A stretch of 64,000 nucleotides of DNA from Bacteroidales bacterium (lineage in GTDB: Bacteria > Bacteroidota > Bacteroidia > Bacteroidales > UBA12077), in NCBI GenBank assembly GCA_028282585.1, contig JANQHR010000011.1:1-64000 (forward strand). Reading direction: 5' to 3'. The number at the start of each line of letters is the position of its first letter. Position 1 is the first letter of the stretch. A program made the position numbers and the translations under genes. Positions 40,345 through 50,186 of the stretch are shown piece by piece. Below the pieces are notes generated by a model. That model made no database searches and had not been told where the DNA came from. It was given only the letters and a program-made list of their open reading frames with translations.

Positions 40345-41694
40345 CTAACTCGGCATCGGAAGTTTTAAACTAAAAGTTGACCCAATGTTTACCTCCGATT
40401 TAGCATGAAGGTCTCCGTTATGTTTCCTTAATATTTGTCTTGATATACTTAATCCAATCCCGGAGCCTTCCTTTTTGGTAGTGAAAAAAGGAATAAAAAT
40501 TTCTGGTAAAACTTCTTTTGATATACCTCCCCCGTTATCGCAAATGGAGATATTTATGTAATCTCCTTTTAAAGAAGTTTTAAGTTTAATAATTCCGTTA
40601 CTTGAATTAATAGCTTCAACAGAGTTTTTAACTAAGTTAATTATAACTTGTGTAATTTGCTCTTTATCTATTGAAATAAAAAATACTATATCTGATCTTA
40701 TATAAGTTAATTGAATATTTTTATTTGTACAAAGTTCTTTCAATAATGGAATTATTTCATCCAGAAACTGGTTCAATTCAATTTGTTCCAACTGCGGTTC
40801 AGGAATCCTCATCATTTTTTTGAAGTTTACAACAAAAGAATTTAATCCTTGACTTCGATTATCAATGCTTTTAAGTCCGGTAACTGCAATATTAATGTCT
40901 TCATTATTTAGTTGGGTTATTGTCTTTGTTTTTTCGTTATTAGTAAAAAGCTTTAAAACTGAAACGGTTAAAGAACGAATAGGGCCTATAGAGTTCATTA
41001 TTTCATGAGTAAGAACCCGAAATATTTTTTGCCATGTCTTTTCTTCTTCTAAATCAAGTTCTGTCCGTATGTTTTCAAAGGAAATAATTTGAACCAATCG
41101 CTGATTTATAATAATTTCCTTTAGCCTAAATAAAACACTTTTATAACCACTTTTTGTGTTTAGATTAATAACTTTTTTCTTTGATTTATTTAATTCTTGT
41201 AGCTCTTTCGAAAGATTATCTTTAAGGGTATCTAATTGTTGTATGTCTGAAACTGATTGGATTTCAAGGATATCTAAACCGGCGCGATTTATTATTTCTA
41301 CCTTTCCTTGTTTATCTGTTGTAATAATTCCCGACGGCATTTGATCCAGAATCTGTCTTAAATATTGATGAGTACTTTCCTTTTCCAACTCAGCCAAGCG
41401 AACATACCTAATTATTTCATTAAAGTTGACATTAAGTTCCTTAAATGATTTGGCAGAACTAGAATTAGCAATATAATCGCTATAGCGTAAATTCTCCAAA
41501 AATTGCTTAAGGCTTCTATTAGTTTTATTAACATACCTTATCAATAAAAGAATCAATAAAATCCATAAAATACTTATGGTTAATTTGGCGACTTTATAAT
41601 CATTGTTGCTCCATGCAATGACAAGGGCAATACTTGTAATTGCAATCAATATACAGATTAAAGCAACAATTATGTTAAATCGGTTAAAACCCAT
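40345..41694 (-). CDS. NtrY-like sensor histidine kinase (PAS + HATPase)
   Basis: RVLTHEIMNS, QV.INLVKN, DNGGGI, PFFTTK..GSGIGLS. Confidence 0.92.
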   Translation of the reverse strand: MGFNRFNIIVALICILIAITSIALVIAWSNNDYKVAKLTISILWILLILLLIRYVNKTNRSLKQFLENLRYSDYIANSSSAKSFKELNVNFNEIIRYVRLAELEKESTHQYLRQILDQMPSGIITTDKQGKVEIINRAGLDILEIQSVSDIQQLDTLKDNLSKELQELNKSKKKVINLNTKSGYKSVLFRLKEIIINQRLVQIISFENIRTELDLEEEKTWQKIFRVLTHEIMNSIGPIRSLTVSVLKLFTNNEKTKTITQLNNEDINIAVTGLKSIDNRSQGLNSFVVNFKKMMRIPEPQLEQIELNQFLDEIIPLLKELCTNKNIQLTYIRSDIVFFISIDKEQITQVIINLVKNSVEAINSSNGIIKLKTSLKGDYINISICDNGGGISKEVLPEIFIPFFTTKKEGSGIGLSISRQILRKHNGDLHAKSEVNIGSTFSLKLPMPS

Positions 41695-43051
41695 ATTTCT
41701 TCATTTTATTATAAAGTGTACGTCTCGTGATACCTAACTCTTTTGCAGCTTCAGTATAATTATTATTGTGCTTTTGCAGAGCAATTTTTATTATTCTAAC
41801 TTCATTATTTTCAAGATCCAGAGTGTCAAAAGTACTTTTAGAGGAAATCTTTCGAAAATTAAAATCGGTTTCCGTAAGATAACCGGAATCATTTAAAATA
41901 ACTGCCTTTTCAAATGAGTGTTTTAACTCACGAATATTTCCGGGCCAATGATATTTTTGTAAAAACTGGATACCTTTTTCAGAAATACCTTTGATGGATT
42001 TTTGATATTTATTACAAAATATATTTAAGAAATGAAGGGCAAGACCATGTATATCTTCCAACCTTTTTCGCAAGGGCGGTATTTCGATCGTAACCGTATT
42101 GATTCGGTACAATAAATCTTCACGAAATTGTTTTTTTTCGGTTACTTCATATAAATTCTGGTTAGTTGCGGAAATTAATCGTACATCAATATCAATTTGT
42201 TTTGAGGATCCAACAGGAGTGATTTTTTTACTTTGAATTGTGGTTAAAAGTTTTTTTTGCGAGTCAAGATTCAAATTGCCAATTTCATCTAAAAATAAAG
42301 TCCCGCCAGAAGCAGGTTCCAGTTTACCAGTTTTCGACTCCTTTGCATCGGTAAATGCACCCTTTTCATAGCCGAACAATTCACTTTCAAACAATGATTC
42401 TGGGATAGTTCCTAAATCAATACTGACGAACATTTTTTCATTTCTATAGGAAAGTGCATGTACATGTCTTGCAATAACTTCTTTCCCCGTTCCATTTTCT
42501 CCTAATATTAAGATGTTGGCATCAGTTTTAGATACTTTTTCGATTACGGACATTATTTCCAACATTCTGGGAGATGAGCTATGATATATATTTTGATCTT
42601 CTTCTATTTCAGAACGTAGTTTTTTATTTACTTTTTTTAATGATTTTATTTCTCGTTTAGAGTTGGCTATTTCTGATGCTCGAATAACTGAAGTTATAAG
42701 TTTATTGTCATCCCAAGGTTTTTCTATATAATCCACTGCTCCATTCTGAATTGCCTGAACGGCTTTTTCTATTTCCGCAAAGGCGGTTAAAAAAATAATT
42801 GATATATCCTGATCGATTTTTAATATTTCTTTCATCCAAAAAAAGCCTTCATTGCCGGTATTTAAACCAGCAACAAAGTTCATGTCAAGAATAATAACAT
42901 CATACATCGAGTTGCTTAATGTTGAATATAATTGTCCAGGATCAGTCATAGAGTCTAAAACACTACAACTATTTCTGAGAAGCAACTGAAGCGCAACGAT
43001 AACATCAGTATTATCTTCAACAATGAGAACTCTTGGAGCAGTTTTCTTCAT
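41684..43051 (-). CDS. Sigma-54-dependent response regulator (NtrC family)
   Basis: Receiver LDMNF...KPW; GENGTGKE, ESELFG..KGAFTDA, LFLDEIG, WPGNIREL, Fis-type HTH; probable start MKKTAP at 43051. Confidence 0.95.
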   Translation of the reverse strand: MKKTAPRVLIVEDNTDVIVALQLLLRNSCSVLDSMTDPGQLYSTLSNSMYDVIILDMNFVAGLNTGNEGFFWMKEILKIDQDISIIFLTAFAEIEKAVQAIQNGAVDYIEKPWDDNKLITSVIRASEIANSKREIKSLKKVNKKLRSEIEEDQNIYHSSSPRMLEIMSVIEKVSKTDANILILGENGTGKEVIARHVHALSYRNEKMFVSIDLGTIPESLFESELFGYEKGAFTDAKESKTGKLEPASGGTLFLDEIGNLNLDSQKKLLTTIQSKKITPVGSSKQIDIDVRLISATNQNLYEVTEKKQFREDLLYRINTVTIEIPPLRKRLEDIHGLALHFLNIFCNKYQKSIKGISEKGIQFLQKYHWPGNIRELKHSFEKAVILNDSGYLTETDFNFRKISSKSTFDTLDLENNEVRIIKIALQKHNNNYTEAAKELGITRRTLYNKMKKYGF

Positions 43052-43080
43052 AGTTATAAATTTAAATAAATGTATAAAAA

Positions 43081-43119
43081 TGGGAATTATTTTCCCAACA
43101 GGTGGGAAAAAATTTCCCA
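43081..43119. promoter_or_regulatory. Tandem palindromic enhancer (UAS) sites TGGGAA-N5-TTCCCA
   Basis: TGGGAATTATTTTCCCA (43081-43097) and TGGGAAAAAATTTCCCA (43103-43119), 22 bp apart. Confidence 0.72.
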
Positions 43120-43172
43120 AGTAATTAACGTGCTAAAAAAATAAGATTCATAAAATCAGTATAGTATGATTT

Positions 43173-43187
43173 TGGCATTCAAATTGG
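43173..43187 (+). promoter_or_regulatory. Putative sigma-54 -24/-12 promoter for the permease
   Basis: TGGCATTCAAATTGG versus consensus TGGCACG-N4-TTGC. Confidence 0.62.
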
Positions 43188-43221
43188 CATAAACAAACAT
43201 GAATAATTAAATTTGAGTATT

Positions 43222-45594
43222 ATGTTTAAGAGTTTTTTATTATTAGCAATTAGAAATTTTTTTAAAAACACTTCTTATTCTATAATTAATATTTTTGGTT
43301 TATCAACAGGACTTGCTGCCTTTATATTGACCACATTATTTGTTAAGTTCGAAACAAGCTATGATTCTTTTCATAAAGATCATGATAGGATTTATAGGGT
43401 AGAACAAAGGGTAAGTTTAGCAAATGACGTTGATACATGGAACCAGATACCTGCGTCTGTAAGTACGGTATTAGAAAATAATTATCCAGAAATAGAGGAA
43501 GCAATAACTGTTAGAGAAATATGGGGAGAATATCTTTCTACATCGAAAGAAAGAACTTTTATGGAACCAAATGGATTTTACGCTAATCCTGACGTGTTCG
43601 ATTTATTCGCCTTTGAATTTATAGCTGGTAATAAGGAGACTGCATTGGATGCTCCCATGAAAATAGTATTAACGGAATCAGTTGCTAAAAAACTTTTTCC
43701 AGATTCGGATCCTATGGGCAAAAGCATATTTGTTGATAGCAAAAGAGCCTACGAAGTCTCTGCTATAATTGAAGATTACCCTTTTAATACAAATACGAAA
43801 TTGACTTATTTGATTCCTTTTAGTACATATAAAAATGTTTACAACAGAGATTTTTTTGAAGAATGGGATTGGCACGATACTCGGGTATTTTTAAAGCTTA
43901 AAGAAAACGTTGATTATAAGCAGTTCGAAAGTAAAATCAAGTATTTATTGGATGATTTTTTAGAAGATAGAACAGATGAATTGTATCTAAACCCAATTTG
44001 GAAAGTGCGATTAAGACAAGGAGATGACGATGGGTATTGGGTTGCAGTAATTTTGTACGGAGCAGTTGGTTTTTTTACGCTTATACTGGCTGCAATGAAC
44101 TTTATTAATCTTACAACAGCTTATTCGCTCACTCGAGCCAAGGAGATTGGCGTAAAAAAAATAGTTGGTAGTTCACGTTTTATTTTAATGAAACAGTTTC
44201 TGGGCGAATCGTTGGTTATAGTTTTTATTTCATTACTTGTTGCATTAACCATTGCAGAAGCCTCTTTACCTTTATTTAATAGAATTGTTTCGGTACCAAT
44301 GGATATGAGGTATATTGAAGATTGGCAATTTACATTAATAATTATTGGAACTACTGCTTTAACAGGAATTTTGTCTGGATTGTATCCTGCATTAATTCTG
44401 TCTTCATTAAACCCATTACATATAATAAAAAATCAGCTATTTAAAGCTGATAAATTTAAAAAGTTTTCAATGAGAAAAGGGTTAGTAGTATTTCAGTTGG
44501 TTTTATCTGTGCTTTTTGTGATAACTACTTTAGGTGTTTTAAGTCAATTTAATTACCTAAAAAATAAAGATTTAGGTTTTGATAAACATGATTTATTTGT
44601 AAGTAAGATAAAAGAAACTAAAAAAGTTAAAATAAACGAATTTGCGATTTTAAGAGAAGACTTGTTGAAGATTCCGGGAGTAATAGATGCTTCGGTTTCA
44701 TACAACTCTCCTTTTAACGGTTCTTGGGGTAGAGTAGTAAATTGGGAAGGTAGTCAAGTTGGTGAAAATATGAATTGCAGGTTTAATAGAGCATATGCGA
44801 CTTTCTTAAACACTATGAAAATAGATTTAATAGCTGGAAGGCATTTTGACCCAAACAGAGCAGCAGATTCCGCAGCTTGTATTGTTAATGAAACTTTTGT
44901 AAAAGTAATTGGTTGGAGTCCAGAGGACGCAATTGGTAAGTTGGTTTGGGATAGAGATTATCAGATAATTGGAGTTATGAAGGATTTTCATGAACAATCT
45001 CCTTTCGCAAAAATAAATCCATATATATTAATTCATCATCCTGGATATTTAACAGGATGGAAAAACATATTGATACGTGTAAATGATGAATCTAATGCCG
45101 AATTAAAAGGTAGAATAAAGTTAAAATTAGAAGACTATTTTCCAGAGAGTAATTTCGAAGTGGTCCCCTTTAATTTGACTTTAGATAATAATGATACCAA
45201 TAGAATTTATTCGGGTATGGCTAAAACTTTTGGATTCTTCTCCGTAATATCAATTATTATAGCAGTTATTGGATTATTTGCTTTGGTTTCATTTAGTAGT
45301 AAAAGAAAGGTTAAAGAAATAGGAATTCGAAAAGTTCTTGGTGCTAAGGCTAGTCAACTTTTTATAAAATTAGCCAAAGAGTATTTTAAGCTTATAATAA
45401 TAGCAAATTTAATTGCTATTCCATTTGGTATTTTTATGGGAGGGGCTGATCCTTCCTATTACAAACCTGAACCAAGTTATTCAATGTTTATTTGGGTATC
45501 ATTATCTTCAATTATTGTTACTATTGGTACTATAAGCATACAAATAATTAAGGCATCAAGAGCAAATCCGATAGAAAGTTTACGGTACGAATAG
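43222..45594 (+). CDS. MacB/FtsX-family ABC transporter permease (duplicated, about 790 aa)
   Basis: INIFGLS.G, NFINL.TA.S..RAKEIGVKK..G, KDLGFDK, KEIGIRKVLGA, ANP.ESLRYE. Confidence 0.93.
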   Translation: MFKSFLLLAIRNFFKNTSYSIINIFGLSTGLAAFILTTLFVKFETSYDSFHKDHDRIYRVEQRVSLANDVDTWNQIPASVSTVLENNYPEIEEAITVREIWGEYLSTSKERTFMEPNGFYANPDVFDLFAFEFIAGNKETALDAPMKIVLTESVAKKLFPDSDPMGKSIFVDSKRAYEVSAIIEDYPFNTNTKLTYLIPFSTYKNVYNRDFFEEWDWHDTRVFLKLKENVDYKQFESKIKYLLDDFLEDRTDELYLNPIWKVRLRQGDDDGYWVAVILYGAVGFFTLILAAMNFINLTTAYSLTRAKEIGVKKIVGSSRFILMKQFLGESLVIVFISLLVALTIAEASLPLFNRIVSVPMDMRYIEDWQFTLIIIGTTALTGILSGLYPALILSSLNPLHIIKNQLFKADKFKKFSMRKGLVVFQLVLSVLFVITTLGVLSQFNYLKNKDLGFDKHDLFVSKIKETKKVKINEFAILREDLLKIPGVIDASVSYNSPFNGSWGRVVNWEGSQVGENMNCRFNRAYATFLNTMKIDLIAGRHFDPNRAADSAACIVNETFVKVIGWSPEDAIGKLVWDRDYQIIGVMKDFHEQSPFAKINPYILIHHPGYLTGWKNILIRVNDESNAELKGRIKLKLEDYFPESNFEVVPFNLTLDNNDTNRIYSGMAKTFGFFSVISIIIAVIGLFALVSFSSKRKVKEIGIRKVLGAKASQLFIKLAKEYFKLIIIANLIAIPFGIFMGGADPSYYKPEPSYSMFIWVSLSSIIVTIGTISIQIIKASRANPIESLRYE

Positions 45595-45611
45595 CACTAT
45601 CATAATAATAG

Positions 45612-45642
45612 AAAAAATCCGAAGCATGCTTCGGATTTTTTA
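45612..45642 (+). terminator. Rho-independent terminator
   Basis: AAAAAATCCGAAGCATGCTTCGGATTTTTT. Confidence 0.8.
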
Positions 45643-45750
45643 TTGGTATAAAAGAATATTATAACTTTTAAATAATTGCAAAAAATAATACTCTTAATAA
45701 ATATATTAGCTTTGTTAAACTAATTAAACTAAAAACTGTTTTAAGAATCT

Positions 45751-46197
45751 ATGAGCAATATTGATAAAAGGATAATCGAATTTATAAATAAACACCATGT
45801 ACTAACCTTAGCAACATCTAAAAATAATATACCGTATAGTGCTAATTGTTTCTACGTATATTACGAAGAAAAAAATATGCTTGTTTTTACTACCGATCAC
45901 ACAACTAAACATGCTCAAGATGCTGTTCAGCAGAATATTGTGGCAGGCTCAATAGTATTAGAAACAAACGTGGTAGGTAAAATTCAAGGGATTCAGTTTC
46001 AAGGAAGGATGTACGAACCAAAAGAGGATTTATTAAAACAAGTTAGAACAAAATACTTAAAAAGATTTCCGGTGGCTATGCTAATGAAAACTCATTTATG
46101 GGTTGTTGAGTTAAGTTTTCTTAAATTTACAGATAATCGATTGGGTTTTGGAAAGAAATTAATCTGGGGTAAAGAGGAATCAGAAAAAATATCTTAA
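45751..46197 (+). CDS. PNPOx-like (YhbP/UPF0306) protein
   Basis: HHVLTLAT...P..ANCFY, T.H, VAG.I..ET..VGKIQGIQF.G, K.TDNRLGFGKK..W. Confidence 0.85.
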   Translation: MSNIDKRIIEFINKHHVLTLATSKNNIPYSANCFYVYYEEKNMLVFTTDHTTKHAQDAVQQNIVAGSIVLETNVVGKIQGIQFQGRMYEPKEDLLKQVRTKYLKRFPVAMLMKTHLWVVELSFLKFTDNRLGFGKKLIWGKEESEKIS

Positions 46198-46198
46198 C

Positions 46199-47215
46199 AT
46201 GATTTTAGTAACAGGAGGTACAGGATTAGTTGGTTCACATTTACTGTTAGAACTTGTAAAACAGAGTAAACGTATACGGGCTATAGTTCGAAATAAAAGC
46301 AAGATAGAATTAGTAAAAAGGGTTTTTTCATATTATACTGATAAGCCAGAAGAGTTTATGAGTAATATAGAATGGATCGAAAGTGATATGTTAGATTTAG
46401 TATCATTAGATAAAGCTTTTTTTAATGTTAAGCAGGTTTATCATTGTGCAGCTATCGTTTCAATTGGCGGGAAGAGTAGAAAAGACTTAATAAATGCAAA
46501 TGTAATAGGTACCGAAAATATTGTAAATATGTGTTTGACGCATCAGGTAGAAAAGTTGTGCCATGTAAGTTCAATTGCTTCTTTGGGTAATTCGTTAAAC
46601 GGTGAACTTATTGATGAAAACACAGCCTGGACAGTTTCAAAAAATCATTCAGCATATTCAATTAGTAAGTTTAAATCGGAAATGGAAGTTTGGAGGGGTA
46701 TTCAGGAAGGTTTAAATGCGGTTATAGTTAATCCGTCCGTAATTATTGGCCCAGGATTTTGGTATTCAGGTAGCAGTTCATTATTTACTAAAGTTGCAAA
46801 AGGAATGAAATATTATACATCGGGTTCAACTGGATTTGTTGATGTACGCGATGTGTCAGATTCAATGATTAAGTTAATGGAGAGTGATATACAAAATGAA
46901 AGATTTATTATTAGTTCTGAGAATTTAAACTACAAAGAACTATTTGAAAATATTTCGAGGGTTATTGGTGTTAAATCACCCAGGAAGGAAGCATCAGAGA
47001 GGTTATTACGAATTGCAGTTATTTTCGACTCAATAGCAAGCATATTAAGAATAAAGAAAAAAGAAATTACGAAAAGTGTAGTTCGCGCAAGTTTATCAAA
47101 GTCAAATTATTCAAATAATAAGATTAAAGAAGCAATTGAAAAAACGTTTATCTCAATTAATGATAGCATCGCAGATACAGCTGATAAATTTAAAAAAGAA
47201 TTAACAATTAGCTAA
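46199..47215 (+). CDS. NAD-dependent epimerase/dehydratase (extended SDR)
   Basis: VTGGTGLVGSH, HCAA, HVSSIA, YSISK, IVNPS. Confidence 0.9.
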   Translation: MILVTGGTGLVGSHLLLELVKQSKRIRAIVRNKSKIELVKRVFSYYTDKPEEFMSNIEWIESDMLDLVSLDKAFFNVKQVYHCAAIVSIGGKSRKDLINANVIGTENIVNMCLTHQVEKLCHVSSIASLGNSLNGELIDENTAWTVSKNHSAYSISKFKSEMEVWRGIQEGLNAVIVNPSVIIGPGFWYSGSSSLFTKVAKGMKYYTSGSTGFVDVRDVSDSMIKLMESDIQNERFIISSENLNYKELFENISRVIGVKSPRKEASERLLRIAVIFDSIASILRIKKKEITKSVVRASLSKSNYSNNKIKEAIEKTFISINDSIADTADKFKKELTIS

Positions 47216-47260
47216 TTGTGTTGATTTTAAATTAGTTAATATTGCAAGAAAATAGATAAT

Positions 47261-49417
47261 ATGGTAAAAGGAAAGAATAAAAAGAAAAAGAAGGGAAAGA
47301 AAAAAGGAGAAGAATTAAACAAGCAAATACTTATAAATTTAATTATTGGGTTCTTTACTAGTAATCCAAATAAAATATACAATTACAAACAAATAGCTAA
47401 GCAGTTTGATATTAAAGATGTTGCGACTCGCGGCTTAATTACAGCTATTTTATATGAATTACGAGATAATGGAACCTTGGTGGAAACCGCCCGAGGTAAG
47501 TTCAAATTAATTCAGCAGGGAGGATACATTACCGGGAAAGTTCAATTAACAATGCGAGGAGCAGGTTTTATAATTTCAGAAGAATCTGATGAAGATATTT
47601 TTGTAACGCAGTCTAACCTTAACCATGCATTAAATGGCGATACAGTAAAGGTATTTTTATATGCTAAGAAGAGGGGAAAGCAGCCCGAAGGCGAGGTAGT
47701 TGAAATAGTAGAACGAGCAAATCAAAACATTGTTGGAATTGTTGAAGTATCAAAGAGTTTTGCTTTTATGACAGCGAATAGTAAGCAAATGCCATATGAT
47801 GTTTTTATTCCATTACCTAAATTAAATGGAGCAAAAAATGGCGATAAAATTGCTGTAAAAATCACTGATTGGCCGGAAAAATACCGAAATCCGTTTGGTG
47901 AAGTCGTTGCTGTGTTGGGTAAACCGGGAGAGAATGAAACAGAAATGCATGCTATTTTGGCTGAGTTTGATCTTCCTTACTATTTTGATAAAAAGGTTGA
48001 AGAAGCGGCCAGTAAAATACCTGATGAAATTACAGATATAGATTATAAGGAGAGAAGAGATTTTAGGGATATTAAAACTTTTACAATAGATCCTGCGGAT
48101 GCAAAAGATTTTGATGATGCATTATCTATTCAGAGGCTGGGAAATGGAAACTGGCAAATTGGCGTTCATATCGCAGATGTTACTCATTATGTAACTCCGG
48201 ATACAATAGTTGAAAATGAAGCTTTTGAACGGGCAACTTCTGTTTATTTGGTCGATCGGGTTGTACCAATGATTCCTGAGAGACTTTCGAATCAAATTTG
48301 TAGTTTACGGCCTAATGAGGAAAAACTTTGTTACAGTATTGTATTTGAACTGGATAAAAATGCCGATATAATTGATCAATGGATAGGTCGTACAGTAATC
48401 AATTCGAACCGAAGATTTAATTACGAAGAAGCTCAGGAAATTATTGAAGGTGGAGAAGGTGATTTTAAGCAAGAATTGTTGGTTTTGAATGATTTGGCGC
48501 AAAAAATTAGATCGAGAAGATTAAAAAACGGAGCGATATCATTTGAAAGAGTCGAGGTAAAATTTAATATTGATGATGATGGTAAACCGTTAGGAGTATT
48601 TTTCAAAGAGCATAAGGAATCAAATCAGCTAATAGAGGAGTTTATGCTTCTTGCTAATAAAAGAGTGGCTGAGTTTATTGGTGATATAGAAAAAGGACAG
48701 CTTGCAAAAACATTTGTTTACCGAATTCATGATAAGCCTGATCCTGATAAACTTGAAAAGTTTGCTCAGTTTATACAAAGATTTGGTTACAATATAAGTA
48801 CAACAGGTCATAAAAACATAACTACATCGATAAATGATTTACTGGACGAAGTTCAGGGTAAAAAAGAACAGAATGTAATTGAAACTTTAGCTGTAAGGTC
48901 AATGGCAAAAGCGGTTTACTCAACAAAAAATGTTGGGCATTACGGATTATCTTTTCCATTTTATTCTCATTTTACCTCTCCTATTCGTCGTTATCCTGAT
49001 ATGATGGTTCATAGACTTTTGACCGAGTATATGAATGGTGGAAAAAGTAAAAACAAAAATAAGTACGAAGAGATGTGCAAACACGCATCCGAAATGGAAC
49101 GTCGCGCTGCTGAAGCTGAAAGGGCATCGATAAAGTATAAGCAAGTGGAGTTTATGAAAGATCACATAGGTGAGGAGTTCGATGGAATTATTTCAGGTGT
49201 AACAGAATGGGGATTTTATGTTGAACTAAACGATAGTAAATGCGAAGGATTAGTTCATATAAGAGAGCTGGATGATGATTATTACTTTTTCGATGAAGAT
49301 AATTATGCGATTATTGGAAAGAGAAATAAAAAAACATATCAATTAGGAGATCCGGTTACGATCCAAATAGTTAGGGCAGATCTGGAAAAGAAGCAATTGG
49401 ATTATGCGCTGGCATAA
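47261..49417 (+). CDS. rnr: Ribonuclease R
   Basis: FTIDPADAKDFDDALS, IEEFMLLAN, HFTSPIRRYPD, C-terminal S1 domain. Confidence 0.97.
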   Translation: MVKGKNKKKKKGKKKGEELNKQILINLIIGFFTSNPNKIYNYKQIAKQFDIKDVATRGLITAILYELRDNGTLVETARGKFKLIQQGGYITGKVQLTMRGAGFIISEESDEDIFVTQSNLNHALNGDTVKVFLYAKKRGKQPEGEVVEIVERANQNIVGIVEVSKSFAFMTANSKQMPYDVFIPLPKLNGAKNGDKIAVKITDWPEKYRNPFGEVVAVLGKPGENETEMHAILAEFDLPYYFDKKVEEAASKIPDEITDIDYKERRDFRDIKTFTIDPADAKDFDDALSIQRLGNGNWQIGVHIADVTHYVTPDTIVENEAFERATSVYLVDRVVPMIPERLSNQICSLRPNEEKLCYSIVFELDKNADIIDQWIGRTVINSNRRFNYEEAQEIIEGGEGDFKQELLVLNDLAQKIRSRRLKNGAISFERVEVKFNIDDDGKPLGVFFKEHKESNQLIEEFMLLANKRVAEFIGDIEKGQLAKTFVYRIHDKPDPDKLEKFAQFIQRFGYNISTTGHKNITTSINDLLDEVQGKKEQNVIETLAVRSMAKAVYSTKNVGHYGLSFPFYSHFTSPIRRYPDMMVHRLLTEYMNGGKSKNKNKYEEMCKHASEMERRAAEAERASIKYKQVEFMKDHIGEEFDGIISGVTEWGFYVELNDSKCEGLVHIRELDDDYYFFDEDNYAIIGKRNKKTYQLGDPVTIQIVRADLEKKQLDYALA

Positions 49418-49547
49418 ATTTTCGACTTGTTATTAGCGAATTTAAAAATAAGCCAGGAAGCTATTAGTAAAGTCATACAGAACACAAAATTGAATTTTTG
49501 AAATAAACAGTCGAAGAATTTTGAGACTGTTTTTTTATTCTATATTT

Positions 49548-49574
49548 TTGGAATATGAAATAAAAATATTCGAA
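49548..49574. promoter_or_regulatory. Possible TetR operator TTGGAATA-N11-TATTCGAA
   Basis: Imperfect palindrome directly before the tetR start; related weaker copy near 49489-49515. Confidence 0.4.
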
Positions 49575-49576
49575 AA

Positions 49577-50182
49577 ATGATAAAGGAGCATATCGTAAAG
49601 AAACAAAAAGCAATCAAATACAAAATCGTAGGAATAGCATCTGATGTTTTTAGTCGCTTCGGATTTAAAAAAGCAACTATGGAAGACATTGCGAAGGAAG
49701 CAGGAATGGGAAAAAGTTCAATTTATTATTATTTTAAAAGTAAAGAAGAGATTTTCGAAGCAGTTGTAAAAAAGGAGGCGCATGCTTTAAGCCTTGAACT
49801 TGAAAAAAAGGTAATTAATGTAAATGATAGTCCAAAAGATAAGATTAGAAATTATACAATAATTCGGATGAAATATCTTAAGGAAATGGTAAATTTCTAT
49901 GAAACCTTAAAAAATGATTACTTGGGGAATCTTGCATTTACAGAACGTATACGAAGAAAATATGATAAAGAAGAGCAGGAAACCATTAAAAATATTTTGC
50001 AGGAAGGTGTAAATCAGGGAATTTTCAATATACAGAACGCGAAATTTGCAGCATTAGCATTTGTAACTTTCCTTAAAGGATTGGAAACAACAATGATCAT
50101 TGACGAGGAATGGGATATAAAAAGCTTGGAAAAAAACCTTGATGATATATTACATATTTTATTTTATGGAATGGTAAAATAG
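49577..50182 (+). CDS. TetR/AcrR family regulator of the efflux operon
   Basis: FGFKKATMEDIAKEAGMGKSSIYYYFKSKEEIF. Confidence 0.95.
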   Translation: MIKEHIVKKQKAIKYKIVGIASDVFSRFGFKKATMEDIAKEAGMGKSSIYYYFKSKEEIFEAVVKKEAHALSLELEKKVINVNDSPKDKIRNYTIIRMKYLKEMVNFYETLKNDYLGNLAFTERIRRKYDKEEQETIKNILQEGVNQGIFNIQNAKFAALAFVTFLKGLETTMIIDEEWDIKSLEKNLDDILHILFYGMVK

Positions 50183-50186
50183 CAGA

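Noticed and set aside
41684-43051. GAFTDA instead of GAFTGA in the sigma54 activator
   Set aside because: Common variant in Bacteroidota activators; a plausible sigma54 promoter lies opposite.
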